Source: a virus. From it: a stretch of 64,000 nucleotides of DNA. The stretch lies in IMG/VR virus record IMGVR_UViG_3300025778_000016, positions 6,562 through 70,561 of that record; one strand, given 5' to 3'. Position numbers and translations under genes: made by a program. The notes beneath the pieces are model-generated. The model saw nothing but the letters and a program-made list of their open reading frames with translations. It was not told where the DNA came from and ran no database searches. This document shows positions 10,401 to 19,138 of this stretch, piece by piece. How positions within the stretch are numbered: position 1 is the first letter of the stretch; every line of letters starts with the position of its first letter.

Positions 10401-11347
10401 TACCAGCCTTCTATCTTACGTATGATTTTCATTTCAGTAACTAATGGGCCTAAGTTGTGTTTATCTGCTGTGTAATGACGTTTGAAAAATTTACTTTCTT
10501 CTATGTGATAATTACATATAGGCAAATCTAATTTTAGTTTTAACTCTTTGCCTAATCGTAGCATTTCTTCATGTGGATCGTTATCTTTATGTTCTTTCCA
10601 CAATTCAATATAGTTATCAAACCATTGTACGTTATGTGCGTTCCAATCTGTTAGCATAGTCATATACGTGCCTAGTCTTGCGCCATATATTGCCCATATG
10701 CCATTTTGAGTGTCAGCGCCAATGTTATGCCATATAGTAAGATTGTTTAAATTGCGACTACTTACATTTGTTTTAAAATCGTCAATGCTAGGCACAACAC
10801 CACGTACTAAACACATCTTTACGCCTTCACGAAAACCAGCGCGCCATGCTTGAAAACTTGTGTAGTTAGGATATGTTGTGCTATAGCAATCATACATTGC
10901 CCAATACAAGTTGTCATTGCTATCTAAGCAAAAGTCAGCAATACGTGACGCATCACCATCAGTTTGATTTTCATGCGTCTTCATATTCATTACATAAGTT
11001 TTAGTCCAACTACTCATGCCGCCATTGCCATAACGCAAGCCATTAATAATGTTTGTTGCTTTCCAACGAAACTGTGCTTGTTTATATCGTGGGTCTTTGT
11101 CAGTAAAGTCTAATTGTAAATTGAAAAATTCTTCATTGGGCATGTTGTCGCCGTCAATAAGAATAAAACGTTCGGTATCACTAGCCTCGGCCGCTGCTTT
11201 ATGTGCGGCATCACTGCCCTTAACGCCATCTACACGTTTGGCATAGGGAACCATGTTTTTAATCTTTAACCAAAATTCTTCTTTTTGTGGCTCATCATAG
11301 CTTAGATAGATACAATCTAAATCAGCAATGTCAATAATATTATCCAT
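10400..11347 (-). CDS. putative GT-A fold glycosyltransferase
   Basis: N-terminal CIYLSYDEP strand and FILIDGDN (DxD motif), in cluster context. Confidence 0.6.
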   Translation of the reverse strand: MDNIIDIADLDCIYLSYDEPQKEEFWLKIKNMVPYAKRVDGVKGSDAAHKAAAEASDTERFILIDGDNMPNEEFFNLQLDFTDKDPRYKQAQFRWKATNIINGLRYGNGGMSSWTKTYVMNMKTHENQTDGDASRIADFCLDSNDNLYWAMYDCYSTTYPNYTSFQAWRAGFREGVKMCLVRGVVPSIDDFKTNVSSRNLNNLTIWHNIGADTQNGIWAIYGARLGTYMTMLTDWNAHNVQWFDNYIELWKEHKDNDPHEEMLRLGKELKLKLDLPICNYHIEESKFFKRHYTADKHNLGPLVTEMKIIRKIEGW

Positions 11348-11687
11348 ATTCTTTAGTGACTAATTTCCATTTTTGTTTTTTAGTTTTAACTTTATTTGAA
11401 ACAATAACACTTATATCGTCAGTATGTGTACTTACACCTTCAGTGTCGTGTGGCTGTAGTTTACTAATTACTAAATTACTAGCAACAGTTGATATCTTAC
11501 CATTAACAACTCTAACATCAGGTCTTGCTTCGGCAAATGTCTGACTATCAATTTCAATAAAGTTACCTTCTAACTGTTCACAAGTATAACATATGACATT
11601 GCCTTTGTCATCATAATATAGTCGAAATGTTGGTTTAATTACAGTTGGAGCTGACCAAATAGTTATAAATTCTTCATTTTCACTCAT
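11340..11687 (-). CDS. hypothetical protein
   Basis: Overlaps both neighbours in the operon. No recognisable motif. Confidence 0.75.
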   Translation of the reverse strand: MSENEEFITIWSAPTVIKPTFRLYYDDKGNVICYTCEQLEGNFIEIDSQTFAEARPDVRVVNGKISTVASNLVISKLQPHDTEGVSTHTDDISVIVSNKVKTKKQKWKLVTKEYG

Positions 11688-12478
11688 AACCCTGCCTCTA
11701 TTTTTTTAGCAAATGTTTTTACATGATAGTGAAATGGATACTGTTGTGGTACTGTATTAACTCTTAGTGAGTGTGGCAATATTTCATATGCCAATATATC
11801 AGTCCAGTTTTCTGTTGGTAATCCATTTACCCATTGTTTCATATGTACCATGCTCATTTCTTTGAAATGTGGCATAGTTGTATTCTCATTGCCTAATATA
11901 TGACATGCTATACTATACGCCCAATCTGTTGTTACAGGTTCGTGTGGATGACATTTTAATATTGCTTTATAATCTTTCCAGTTTTCAAAAACATCTCTTA
12001 CAATTCTAAAAAATTTTTCTGCTAAATCGCCTTTCTTAAAATATGTAATAGCATTATACACATCTGGTAATTTGTTATCATCAATAAGTTTTCTATAAAC
12101 TCTTACATCGGAAATTTCTTGTTTAAAATTTCTAATTGTAGAACTTACAACTAAATCTTTTTGGCACAATACGTCCCACCAGTAGTCAATACTTTTTGGC
12201 AAATACATATCTGCTTCTAATTTAATAGTATATTCGTATGGGCTAGCTTTATAGACCTGCCAATCATTAGCAAGTTTCCACTCTCCTAATGGATTTAAAT
12301 CTCCATAGGGAAATTTTACCACTGAGTCAAATATTTCATTAAATGTAATGTTGTCTGATATTAAAGTTACTTTAGCTTTGGGCATAACTTTTTTGATGCT
12401 CGTTGCTAAAACTTCAGCACATTTTACGTAATCAGTTTTGTATGTATTTTGTGCTACAATAACAAAGCCTTTATTCAT
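11684..12478 (-). CDS. putative GT-A glycosyltransferase (GT8-like nucleotide-diphospho-sugar transferase)
   Basis: SPYEYTIKLEADM (ExD variant of DxD). Paralog of 12471..13277. Confidence 0.6.
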   Translation of the reverse strand: MNKGFVIVAQNTYKTDYVKCAEVLATSIKKVMPKAKVTLISDNITFNEIFDSVVKFPYGDLNPLGEWKLANDWQVYKASPYEYTIKLEADMYLPKSIDYWWDVLCQKDLVVSSTIRNFKQEISDVRVYRKLIDDNKLPDVYNAITYFKKGDLAEKFFRIVRDVFENWKDYKAILKCHPHEPVTTDWAYSIACHILGNENTTMPHFKEMSMVHMKQWVNGLPTENWTDILAYEILPHSLRVNTVPQQYPFHYHVKTFAKKIEAGL

Positions 12479-13277
12479 TGATCAACTCCACAAAGATATC
12501 TTTATTCATAACATGAAAATCCATATCCTTGATTGTAATATATTCTTTACGAATCTTACTACGTTGCCAATTGTCAAACATCACAGTATACTGCGTATTA
12601 AATTTTTCGTTTGTATCTGCGTATACTTGAGTGTTTTTACCAACGTGTAATAAGTTCCATGGGATAATATCTCCTGGCAACAAAGTATGTCCATTTACAA
12701 TACGTAATGCTAGTGTAAGTGCGTAATCATTGCGATATACACCGCCAATGAAATTATGAATATTAGCATAATGATCATAATTATTTTGTACCATTTCTAA
12801 ACATTCAAAAATTTGTTTAGCACGTTTTGTTTTTCTAAAAGCAACTACTGTTGCCCATAGTGTGTTATAACTATACACGCTAAGACATTCTTGTGTAGCA
12901 TTAGGATGCATTAAAAAATTTGTTGTGTCGTGGCAGCAAAAATCTTCTGAGATTTCAAAAGTTTTAAGTAACTTGTCACTATTAACCATATAGTCAACAT
13001 CCAATAATAATGTTTCATCATATGGACTTAGTTCATAAGCTTGATAACGTCCTTTATTAATCCAAATTCCAAAATCTCTTACATTGTTTTTGTCTGGAAT
13101 AACTTTTATGACTTTATCAAACTTATATTTTGATTTTTTTGGGCAAGTCTGCTCGTCTGTAACTAATGTTACAGGCATGCCCAAAAAATGATTTATACGT
13201 TTAGCAGTATAAACTGCCATGTCATAATAATTATAAGTTGGACTATTGAAAGCAAATAATATTGCTCCACGACTCAT
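12471..13277 (-). CDS. putative GT-A glycosyltransferase (GT8-like)
   Basis: SPYDETLLLDVDY (DxD), RNDYAL and a C-terminal HVMNK. Confidence 0.65.
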   Translation of the reverse strand: MSRGAILFAFNSPTYNYYDMAVYTAKRINHFLGMPVTLVTDEQTCPKKSKYKFDKVIKVIPDKNNVRDFGIWINKGRYQAYELSPYDETLLLDVDYMVNSDKLLKTFEISEDFCCHDTTNFLMHPNATQECLSVYSYNTLWATVVAFRKTKRAKQIFECLEMVQNNYDHYANIHNFIGGVYRNDYALTLALRIVNGHTLLPGDIIPWNLLHVGKNTQVYADTNEKFNTQYTVMFDNWQRSKIRKEYITIKDMDFHVMNKDIFVELINE

Positions 13278-13579
13278 CGTTTAGCCTCAAGATGTTTCCA
13301 TTCAGCATAGTATTCTGACATTATAACTGTATATACATCAGTTAATTTTTCAAGTAACAGAGGTCTGTCAACTTCTACTGGATTATCAAATGTATCATTT
13401 AAAACAAGTGTAGGTGTGTCAAATGCTCTTAATAAACTAATTGTGGTAGCGTCAGCGCGCCATAGACCGCCCTGTTCTGCTAACAGTAGTTTAGCATTGT
13501 ATTTTTCTTTTAAATAGCTTTTTGCTGAATTGTGATTAAATCTGGCTTTTGCTTCGGTAATTAACGTTTTAGTATCCAT
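13274..13579 (-). CDS. hypothetical protein, first gene of the sugar/radical SAM operon
   Basis: SD AGGGAG, a late-promoter motif upstream and an ATGA overlap with the next gene. Confidence 0.8.
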   Translation of the reverse strand: MDTKTLITEAKARFNHNSAKSYLKEKYNAKLLLAEQGGLWRADATTISLLRAFDTPTLVLNDTFDNPVEVDRPLLLEKLTDVYTVIMSEYYAEWKHLEAKR

Positions 13580-13595
13580 ATATACTCCCTACGAG

Positions 13596-13602
13596 TATTT
13601 AG
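13596..13602 (-). promoter_or_regulatory. putative late promoter (CTAAATA)
   Basis: Matches the T4 gp55-type TATAAATA core. Intergenic, upstream of the SD of 13274..13579. Confidence 0.6.
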
Positions 13603-13627
13603 ATAGCTATAAACATGTCCTAAAAAA

Positions 13628-14581
13628 TTATGAGCCTGTTACTGATCCAGCGAGAGTAATTGTTCCCCAACTATTAGCTAAGTTAGTTGTTTCTGGTGGG
13701 CGAACTGTCATAGTCGTAGCACTGCCACTACTTGCTGTTAACCCAGTTGGGATTTCTGTCCATAAACAGTAGATTGTAATAATGCTACCTGAGTCACCGT
13801 TGGTTCCCTGTGTACCATTTGATTTAATTAAAAACTTAATGTTTGTACTTAAGTAACCACTTGGTCCGGTACTAGCGGCTTGTTGGAAAACGTTTGCGTT
13901 TGCTGTTGTCAACGCATAGTAACCATTATTTGTTAGATATGGGCTTGGGGCGTTGCCGCCGCCGCCGATTTTAGTAACGCCCGAATAACTTGTACTACTA
14001 ACTGTGATTGTTGGACCTGTTGGTGCACTTAATACAACTGTACCAACGTTACTTGCTAAGTTGTTTAACAATAAGTTAATACCTGTACCAGTTGGGTGAC
14101 TGCATGTTAATGCTAATTGACCGCCACTGTTAAAGAAATAACGAGCAGCATCGCCGTTGGCAAATGTAGCAGTAAATGTGAATGTTAACGCACTACTCCA
14201 TGTGCTACCAAAAGTTGCTGTGTTTGATGTTGTTGAACCTTGGCTAGCAGCATTAAGTCTGCTATTATAAATTGTTGTTAAGTTTGTTGAAATAGCACTT
14301 ACATATGTAATTGTGTTGCCAGCTACAGGTGCTGTGACTGCTGTAATGCTTGTGCCCTGGTGTGTAGCTGCGCTTGCTGTGTTACTAACTAATGCATTCC
14401 ATTGACCTGCGGCTGTTACAGTGCCGCCTGCTGTTACTTGACCTACTGCTGTTTGTCCATATCCTGCACTACCACCACCTGTTGCCCAAACCGTATTAAG
14501 TGTGCCTGCTGTAAAGTTAGTAGTGCCAACTAACGTGTTAAAATCTGTTGCTTGTATCAATCCATACTGTGCGTAAGTCAT
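13628..14581 (-). CDS. virion structural protein (tail fibre/baseplate-associated)
   Basis: T/G/S/A-rich beta-type composition with almost no charged residues, in the tail operon. Confidence 0.65.
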   Translation of the reverse strand: MTYAQYGLIQATDFNTLVGTTNFTAGTLNTVWATGGGSAGYGQTAVGQVTAGGTVTAAGQWNALVSNTASAATHQGTSITAVTAPVAGNTITYVSAISTNLTTIYNSRLNAASQGSTTSNTATFGSTWSSALTFTFTATFANGDAARYFFNSGGQLALTCSHPTGTGINLLLNNLASNVGTVVLSAPTGPTITVSSTSYSGVTKIGGGGNAPSPYLTNNGYYALTTANANVFQQAASTGPSGYLSTNIKFLIKSNGTQGTNGDSGSIITIYCLWTEIPTGLTASSGSATTMTVRPPETTNLANSWGTITLAGSVTGS

Positions 14582-14593
14582 TTCTAAACCCTA

Positions 14594-15817
14594 TTATACT
14601 ATCATTACTATGGCTTCTACTGTGCCAATTCCATCTGTTGTTTTACTATTTAGTGCGCGACCAATTACGTTAAATGCTGTAATTTCATTTCTGTTTGCTG
14701 CTCTAGCAAGACCATTTCCCGCACTTACTAATCTATCATTTTTGTTAACTTTACCAGTAACTTTTACTTGTACTCTACCTGTAACCGCTACTGGAGGATG
14801 TGTGTCATCATCGCCTGCGCCGCTATTCATCAAATAAGCAGCAGTATTACTTATAACACCAAATACATCTTCACTTAATTCATATTTTACAGCAGTAATT
14901 TCTTTTTCACCACCTAATTCTACAACTGTGCCCGCGTCATATGCTTCGTCAGCGGCAAATCTTTCTGCCAAGTCAGCGTATGTAGCTACTAATCTTGATC
15001 CTGCTGTTAATGCCCAGTTACCTGTAATTGAACCTGGGTTAGTGTTTGCGCCAGTTGTTATTACGTTTGCTGTAATTTGAGTAACTAATATATTACCGCC
15101 ATATGTTGGCAGATACGCTGCTACGTTGCTATTGCTGTATGTACCAGCGAAACTAATAGGGTTACCATTGGCATAATAATAGTTATCAGTTCTAATACCG
15201 ATATTACCGCTACCTCGAACTAATAAATTGCCACCTGTAATGTACATTGCTGTACCTGCTGCGCCATTGGCAGTTCCTGAACCTGTTGCTGTCCATACAC
15301 CTGTGATTGATCCTGATGTAGAAGAACCACCTGTTGTAATTACTTGTGTTGTTAATGTGCCAATGTTAGCAGAAGTTATGCTAGCGTTGCCTATTGTGGC
15401 ATTGCTATTTACAGTAAGAAAATTAACACTAGCAGCGTTTGCTGTTGTAGTATTAACAATAGCTGCGTTATTAGCAGACAAGTTGCCTGTAACTGTTACT
15501 GCGCCGAATGTTGTGTTACCACCGCTTGCTGTAGCTGTAAGTGCTAACCAAGATGCTTGATTAGTTGTGCCATCAGCAGGGCAAATATACATTGTGCTGT
15601 TGTTTGTATTAAACCAAAGTTGACCTGCTAAAGGATTAGCAGGAGGAGTTGATTTGGCAAAATTTTCAACTAGATATACAAAGTTTTCATCTAATGCTTG
15701 ACCATAACCAGCATAGTTTCTGCCAGGTAAGCCTAAACTAGTACTTGTTGTATTAATTGTGCCGTCAGCAATAGTTGTTAATACTGTACCATTGCTTTTA
15801 ACTATCGTATATGCCAT
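14594..15817 (-). CDS. tail fibre protein with C-terminal chaperone/peptidase-G2-like domain
   Basis: N-terminus shared with 15854..18316. C-terminal YADLAERF...GTVVELGG...VFGVIS...PVAVTGRVQVKV...GDRLVS-like segment, typical of intramolecular-chaperone-type fibre ends. Confidence 0.7.
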   Translation of the reverse strand: MAYTIVKSNGTVLTTIADGTINTTSTSLGLPGRNYAGYGQALDENFVYLVENFAKSTPPANPLAGQLWFNTNNSTMYICPADGTTNQASWLALTATASGGNTTFGAVTVTGNLSANNAAIVNTTTANAASVNFLTVNSNATIGNASITSANIGTLTTQVITTGGSSTSGSITGVWTATGSGTANGAAGTAMYITGGNLLVRGSGNIGIRTDNYYYANGNPISFAGTYSNSNVAAYLPTYGGNILVTQITANVITTGANTNPGSITGNWALTAGSRLVATYADLAERFAADEAYDAGTVVELGGEKEITAVKYELSEDVFGVISNTAAYLMNSGAGDDDTHPPVAVTGRVQVKVTGKVNKNDRLVSAGNGLARAANRNEITAFNVIGRALNSKTTDGIGTVEAIVMIV

Positions 15818-15836
15818 TCAAAAAACTCCGTTACTG

Positions 15837-15844
15837 TATTTATC
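15837..15844 (-). promoter_or_regulatory. putative late promoter (GATAAATA)
   Basis: One mismatch to T4 TATAAATA. Intergenic and followed by a GGAG SD. Confidence 0.65.
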
Positions 15845-15853
15845 TAAATTAAA

Positions 15854-18316
15854 TTATGCTGGTCCAAAAGCTACCCATGTAAAGCCGTTAAGGTTACCTG
15901 AACTACTTGTTGCTCTTTGATATTGAACCGAGAAATTATAGTTATTCGTAAGTCCCCAAACTACCTGAAGCCATAAGTCCACAGTCCCGCTAGCCCCGTT
16001 TATATAAGGAGTAGCTATTACAGACCATGGTGTATTGCTAAAAGGTACAGGATAAGCTACTGGACCCACAAGTTGTTCATTAGCAGTGTAGTCAAATTTG
16101 CCCCATTGCATTAATATTCCACCTGGCAAAGTAATATATCCTGGACTACCTGCGCTTGGATTAAAATTGCTTGTATTTAAAAATCCTGATGGGTTGGTTG
16201 AGTTATAAGGTGTAAATCCCAATGCACTTATAATTTGAGGTGAATTTAATGTAGTAACTGTAGAGGCTAGCCCAGCATTTGTGGCGTATCCTGCGTTTGC
16301 TGCGTAGGTTGCGTTAGCAACTGTACCTGTCACGTTTGCGCCAGTTATATTAGCTAATCCGCCACCATCACCAGATAGTGAACTTGCGCTTAAACTTCCT
16401 GAAACACTTAGACTGCTTAATGTACCTACACTTGTAATGTTTGGTTGTGCTGCTGTTGTAACAGTGCTTGCTGTTCCGGCACTTGTCGCAAATGTGCTTG
16501 TTCCTGCGCTATTAGCGTAATTAGCATTAGCTGAATTAGTTGAGTTAATTGCGTTGCCAGCATTATCGGCATAACTTGCGTTAGCAACTTTGCCTGAAAC
16601 ATTACCACCCGCTACGCTGTTAGCTACAGCGGCGTAGCTGACTTGTCCTGATACGTTAACCCCAGCTACACTATTTGCTACTGCTGCGTAAGTGGCGCTG
16701 TTAACTGTTCCTGAAACATTACTTCCTGATACGCTATTAGCTACATTTGCTACTGAAACTGATCCTACTACGTTAGCACCTGCTACGCTATTTGCGCTGG
16801 CAGCCACTGTGGCACTTGCTACTGTTCCTGAGACATTTGCTGCAGCTACACTATTAGCTGTAGTTGCGTATGCTACTGCTCCTGTTACATTGGCACCATT
16901 TATATTACTAATGCTGGCTCCATTTCCTACAAAATTGCCTATAAAACGCAACCCTGTTATATTACCAGAAGATGTTAAGTTGGTAAGTGTACCTACACTT
17001 GTAATATTAGGTTGAGAACCAAATACTACTGTTCCAGCAAAATTTGCGTAATTTGCGTTTGATACTGTAGCAGATGATATGTTTAAATTTGTTAATCCAT
17101 GCCCATCACCAACAAAGTAGTTTGCTGTTACTACATTTCCTAAACTTGCGTTAGCTGTTGTTATATTTCCGGCTACTGTTAAACTATTTAATGTGCCAAC
17201 AGTTGTAATATTAGGTTGACTTCCTGTAATCAAGCTTCCAACATAACCGCCATTTGCTGTTACAGTGCCAGCTACGTTTACACCTGAACTTGTAAAAACA
17301 ACAGTATTAGGAATACCAAATACAGAAACAGTTACGTTCGCATCTGCTGAAGCAATATTAACATTACTTGCGCCATATCCAATATTTGGTTGTACTCCCT
17401 TGTTAACTCCGGTTAAATAATAACCATTGCCTAAAATAAAGTTACCATTAACATTACCAAAATTATCTCTTATAACTGCTGTATAAGGAGTGTTTGATAT
17501 ATTACTGCTGTATCCATTTAATAAATTAGCGTTTAAATTAGCAACTAGTGTGTTGCTAGCAATATTAAATGGGCTTGTTCCTTGTGGAGTAGTAGAAGTA
17601 TAGATGTTTGAGGTTATCCCACCTGATACTGTTAGATAAGTTAATGTTCCTAATACATTAATATTAGGTTGAGCATTGGCTGATACTTCGCTAGCTACTG
17701 TAGCAACATTGGCACTAGCTACGCTGCCAATAATATTTGCTGCTGAAATGTTTAATCCGTAAATATTTGAACCTATACCAAGAGTCCAGTTACCGGTAAG
17801 AGTGCCATTTGTTGATGAACTTCCTGTAGTAATATTAGTTGATAAAATTGAATTTAGTGTGGCATTGCCATTTACTGAAATATTTGCGATATTGGCATTG
17901 TTTTTAACTGTCAAGTAATTAACGTTCGCAAGATTAGCTGAGACATTATTAGTTGCTGATATATTATTAGCAGCAATATTTCCATTTACAGTTAAGTTTC
18001 CTAATATTAAATTGGCGCTTGATGGACTAATACTTACAACAGTTTGCCAATTGGCAGCATTACTTTCGCCGTCAATAGGACACAATTGTAAAACATTGTT
18101 TGATGTATTATACCATAATTGTCCTGCTAAGGGATTTTGTGGTACATTACTACTAGCAAAATTTTGAAGTAACCAAACAAAGTTTGTATCTAATACTTGA
18201 CCATAGCCTGGATATAATCGTCCAGGCAATTGAAGTGAAGTCGATGTGGTATTAATAGTGCCATCTGGTATAGTTGTTAATATTGTACCATCAGTTTTAT
18301 AAATTACATATGACAC
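15854..18316 (-). CDS. long tail fibre protein
   Basis: Four QPNIxxxGTL repeats, ANSVAGxNVSG repeats, and a C-terminal GYITLPGGILMQWG...YPVPF...WVAFG fibre-tip domain. Confidence 0.8.
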   Translation of the reverse strand: MSYVIYKTDGTILTTIPDGTINTTSTSLQLPGRLYPGYGQVLDTNFVWLLQNFASSNVPQNPLAGQLWYNTSNNVLQLCPIDGESNAANWQTVVSISPSSANLILGNLTVNGNIAANNISATNNVSANLANVNYLTVKNNANIANISVNGNATLNSILSTNITTGSSSTNGTLTGNWTLGIGSNIYGLNISAANIIGSVASANVATVASEVSANAQPNINVLGTLTYLTVSGGITSNIYTSTTPQGTSPFNIASNTLVANLNANLLNGYSSNISNTPYTAVIRDNFGNVNGNFILGNGYYLTGVNKGVQPNIGYGASNVNIASADANVTVSVFGIPNTVVFTSSGVNVAGTVTANGGYVGSLITGSQPNITTVGTLNSLTVAGNITTANASLGNVVTANYFVGDGHGLTNLNISSATVSNANYANFAGTVVFGSQPNITSVGTLTNLTSSGNITGLRFIGNFVGNGASISNINGANVTGAVAYATTANSVAAANVSGTVASATVAASANSVAGANVVGSVSVANVANSVSGSNVSGTVNSATYAAVANSVAGVNVSGQVSYAAVANSVAGGNVSGKVANASYADNAGNAINSTNSANANYANSAGTSTFATSAGTASTVTTAAQPNITSVGTLSSLSVSGSLSASSLSGDGGGLANITGANVTGTVANATYAANAGYATNAGLASTVTTLNSPQIISALGFTPYNSTNPSGFLNTSNFNPSAGSPGYITLPGGILMQWGKFDYTANEQLVGPVAYPVPFSNTPWSVIATPYINGASGTVDLWLQVVWGLTNNYNFSVQYQRATSSSGNLNGFTWVAFGPA
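16590..16900 (-). repeat. tandem coding repeats of about 16-19 aa (ANSVAGxNVSGxV) in the fibre shaft
   Basis: ANSVAAANVSG, ANSVAGANVVG, ANSVSGSNVSG, ANSVAGVNVSG, ANSVAGGNVSG. Coordinates approximate. Confidence 0.75.
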
Positions 18317-18329
18317 TATCTAAGCTCCA

Positions 18330-18965
18330 TTAAACCTGTGAAGGACTTGTTGTAACTAAGTTTGTTAAACTTTGAATACGAATTGTATAATCAATTTGAA
18401 TCTGTCTATTCAAACTTTTTTGAACTGGATGAAATACAACATGTGTTAATAAACTTGTAATAACTTGCCCATATGTATCTACACCATTATTTGCTAATAA
18501 CCCCAATTCATCGAAAATAAACGAACTATTAGTTTGCGTGCTGTTGTCAAAAGCATTTTGACCAGCAGGTTCGCCGTAGTCTAATAAACACTGAACTAAT
18601 ATATCACTATAAACTGTGCCACTTGTATGATACACGGTCATATTATTGCGTGTTGGATCTGTGTTAAAAACGCTGTTATCATCTACTATTTTGGCATATG
18701 TTTGGTTGTAAAGCGAAGCGTTTTGCCCTGTAGTATTTGGGGGAAGATATGTAATTACCCCTGTGCTGTCTACGCTGGCTGCGCCATTACCAAATGCCAT
18801 TTGATAGATTTCACCATAGCCTCTGTTACTTAATGTGTTTGCTAATGCTATACTCATGTTTTCATAGTTAATAGCATTTTTCTTTTCTACAAACACTTCT
18901 AAATTGTTTGGATCATAAATTTTTAAAAAGCCTTCAACTTTTAGGGCATAATTGATTATTGACAT
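18330..18965 (-). CDS. baseplate/tail fibre attachment structural protein
   Basis: MAFGNG, FDELGL and FHPVQKSLNRQIQIDYTIRI resemble phage tail-collar/baseplate domains. Lies between the wedge and fibre genes. Confidence 0.65.
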   Translation of the reverse strand: MSIINYALKVEGFLKIYDPNNLEVFVEKKNAINYENMSIALANTLSNRGYGEIYQMAFGNGAASVDSTGVITYLPPNTTGQNASLYNQTYAKIVDDNSVFNTDPTRNNMTVYHTSGTVYSDILVQCLLDYGEPAGQNAFDNSTQTNSSFIFDELGLLANNGVDTYGQVITSLLTHVVFHPVQKSLNRQIQIDYTIRIQSLTNLVTTSPSQV

Positions 18966-19118
18966 TTAATTATCCCCTCTTTTATTAACCAAAACTTCTT
19001 TGGTATTAGGGTCATAAATCTTCACATGCGATGAAAATTGTATTGATCCTAGTTCATTTGGCTTTTTAGCTGGATTGGAAACCACAGTGTTTTCCTTCTT
19101 TTCTTTATTTAAATTCAT
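18966..19118 (-). CDS. 50-aa small protein (MNLNKEKKENTVVSNPAKKPNELGSIQFSSHVKIYDPNTKEVLVNKRGDN), absent from the ORF track
   Basis: ATG 5 nt after GATAAATA, and its stop abuts the next ATG. Its C-terminal half resembles the N-terminus of 18330..18965. Confidence 0.75.
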   Translation of the reverse strand: MNLNKEKKENTVVSNPAKKPNELGSIQFSSHVKIYDPNTKEVLVNKRGDN

Positions 19119-19123
19119 AGAAT

Positions 19124-19131
19124 TATTTATC
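19124..19131 (-). promoter_or_regulatory. putative late promoter (GATAAATA)
   Basis: Motif in a 20-nt intergenic gap. Confidence 0.65.
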
Positions 19132-19138
19132 ATAGTTT

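Noticed and set aside
16400-17260. Repeats in the fibre gene as a CRISPR array or diversity-generating retroelement repeats
   Set aside because: The repeats are degenerate at synonymous positions and in frame (protein-level). There is no constant repeat/spacer pattern and no reverse transcriptase or cas gene in the window.
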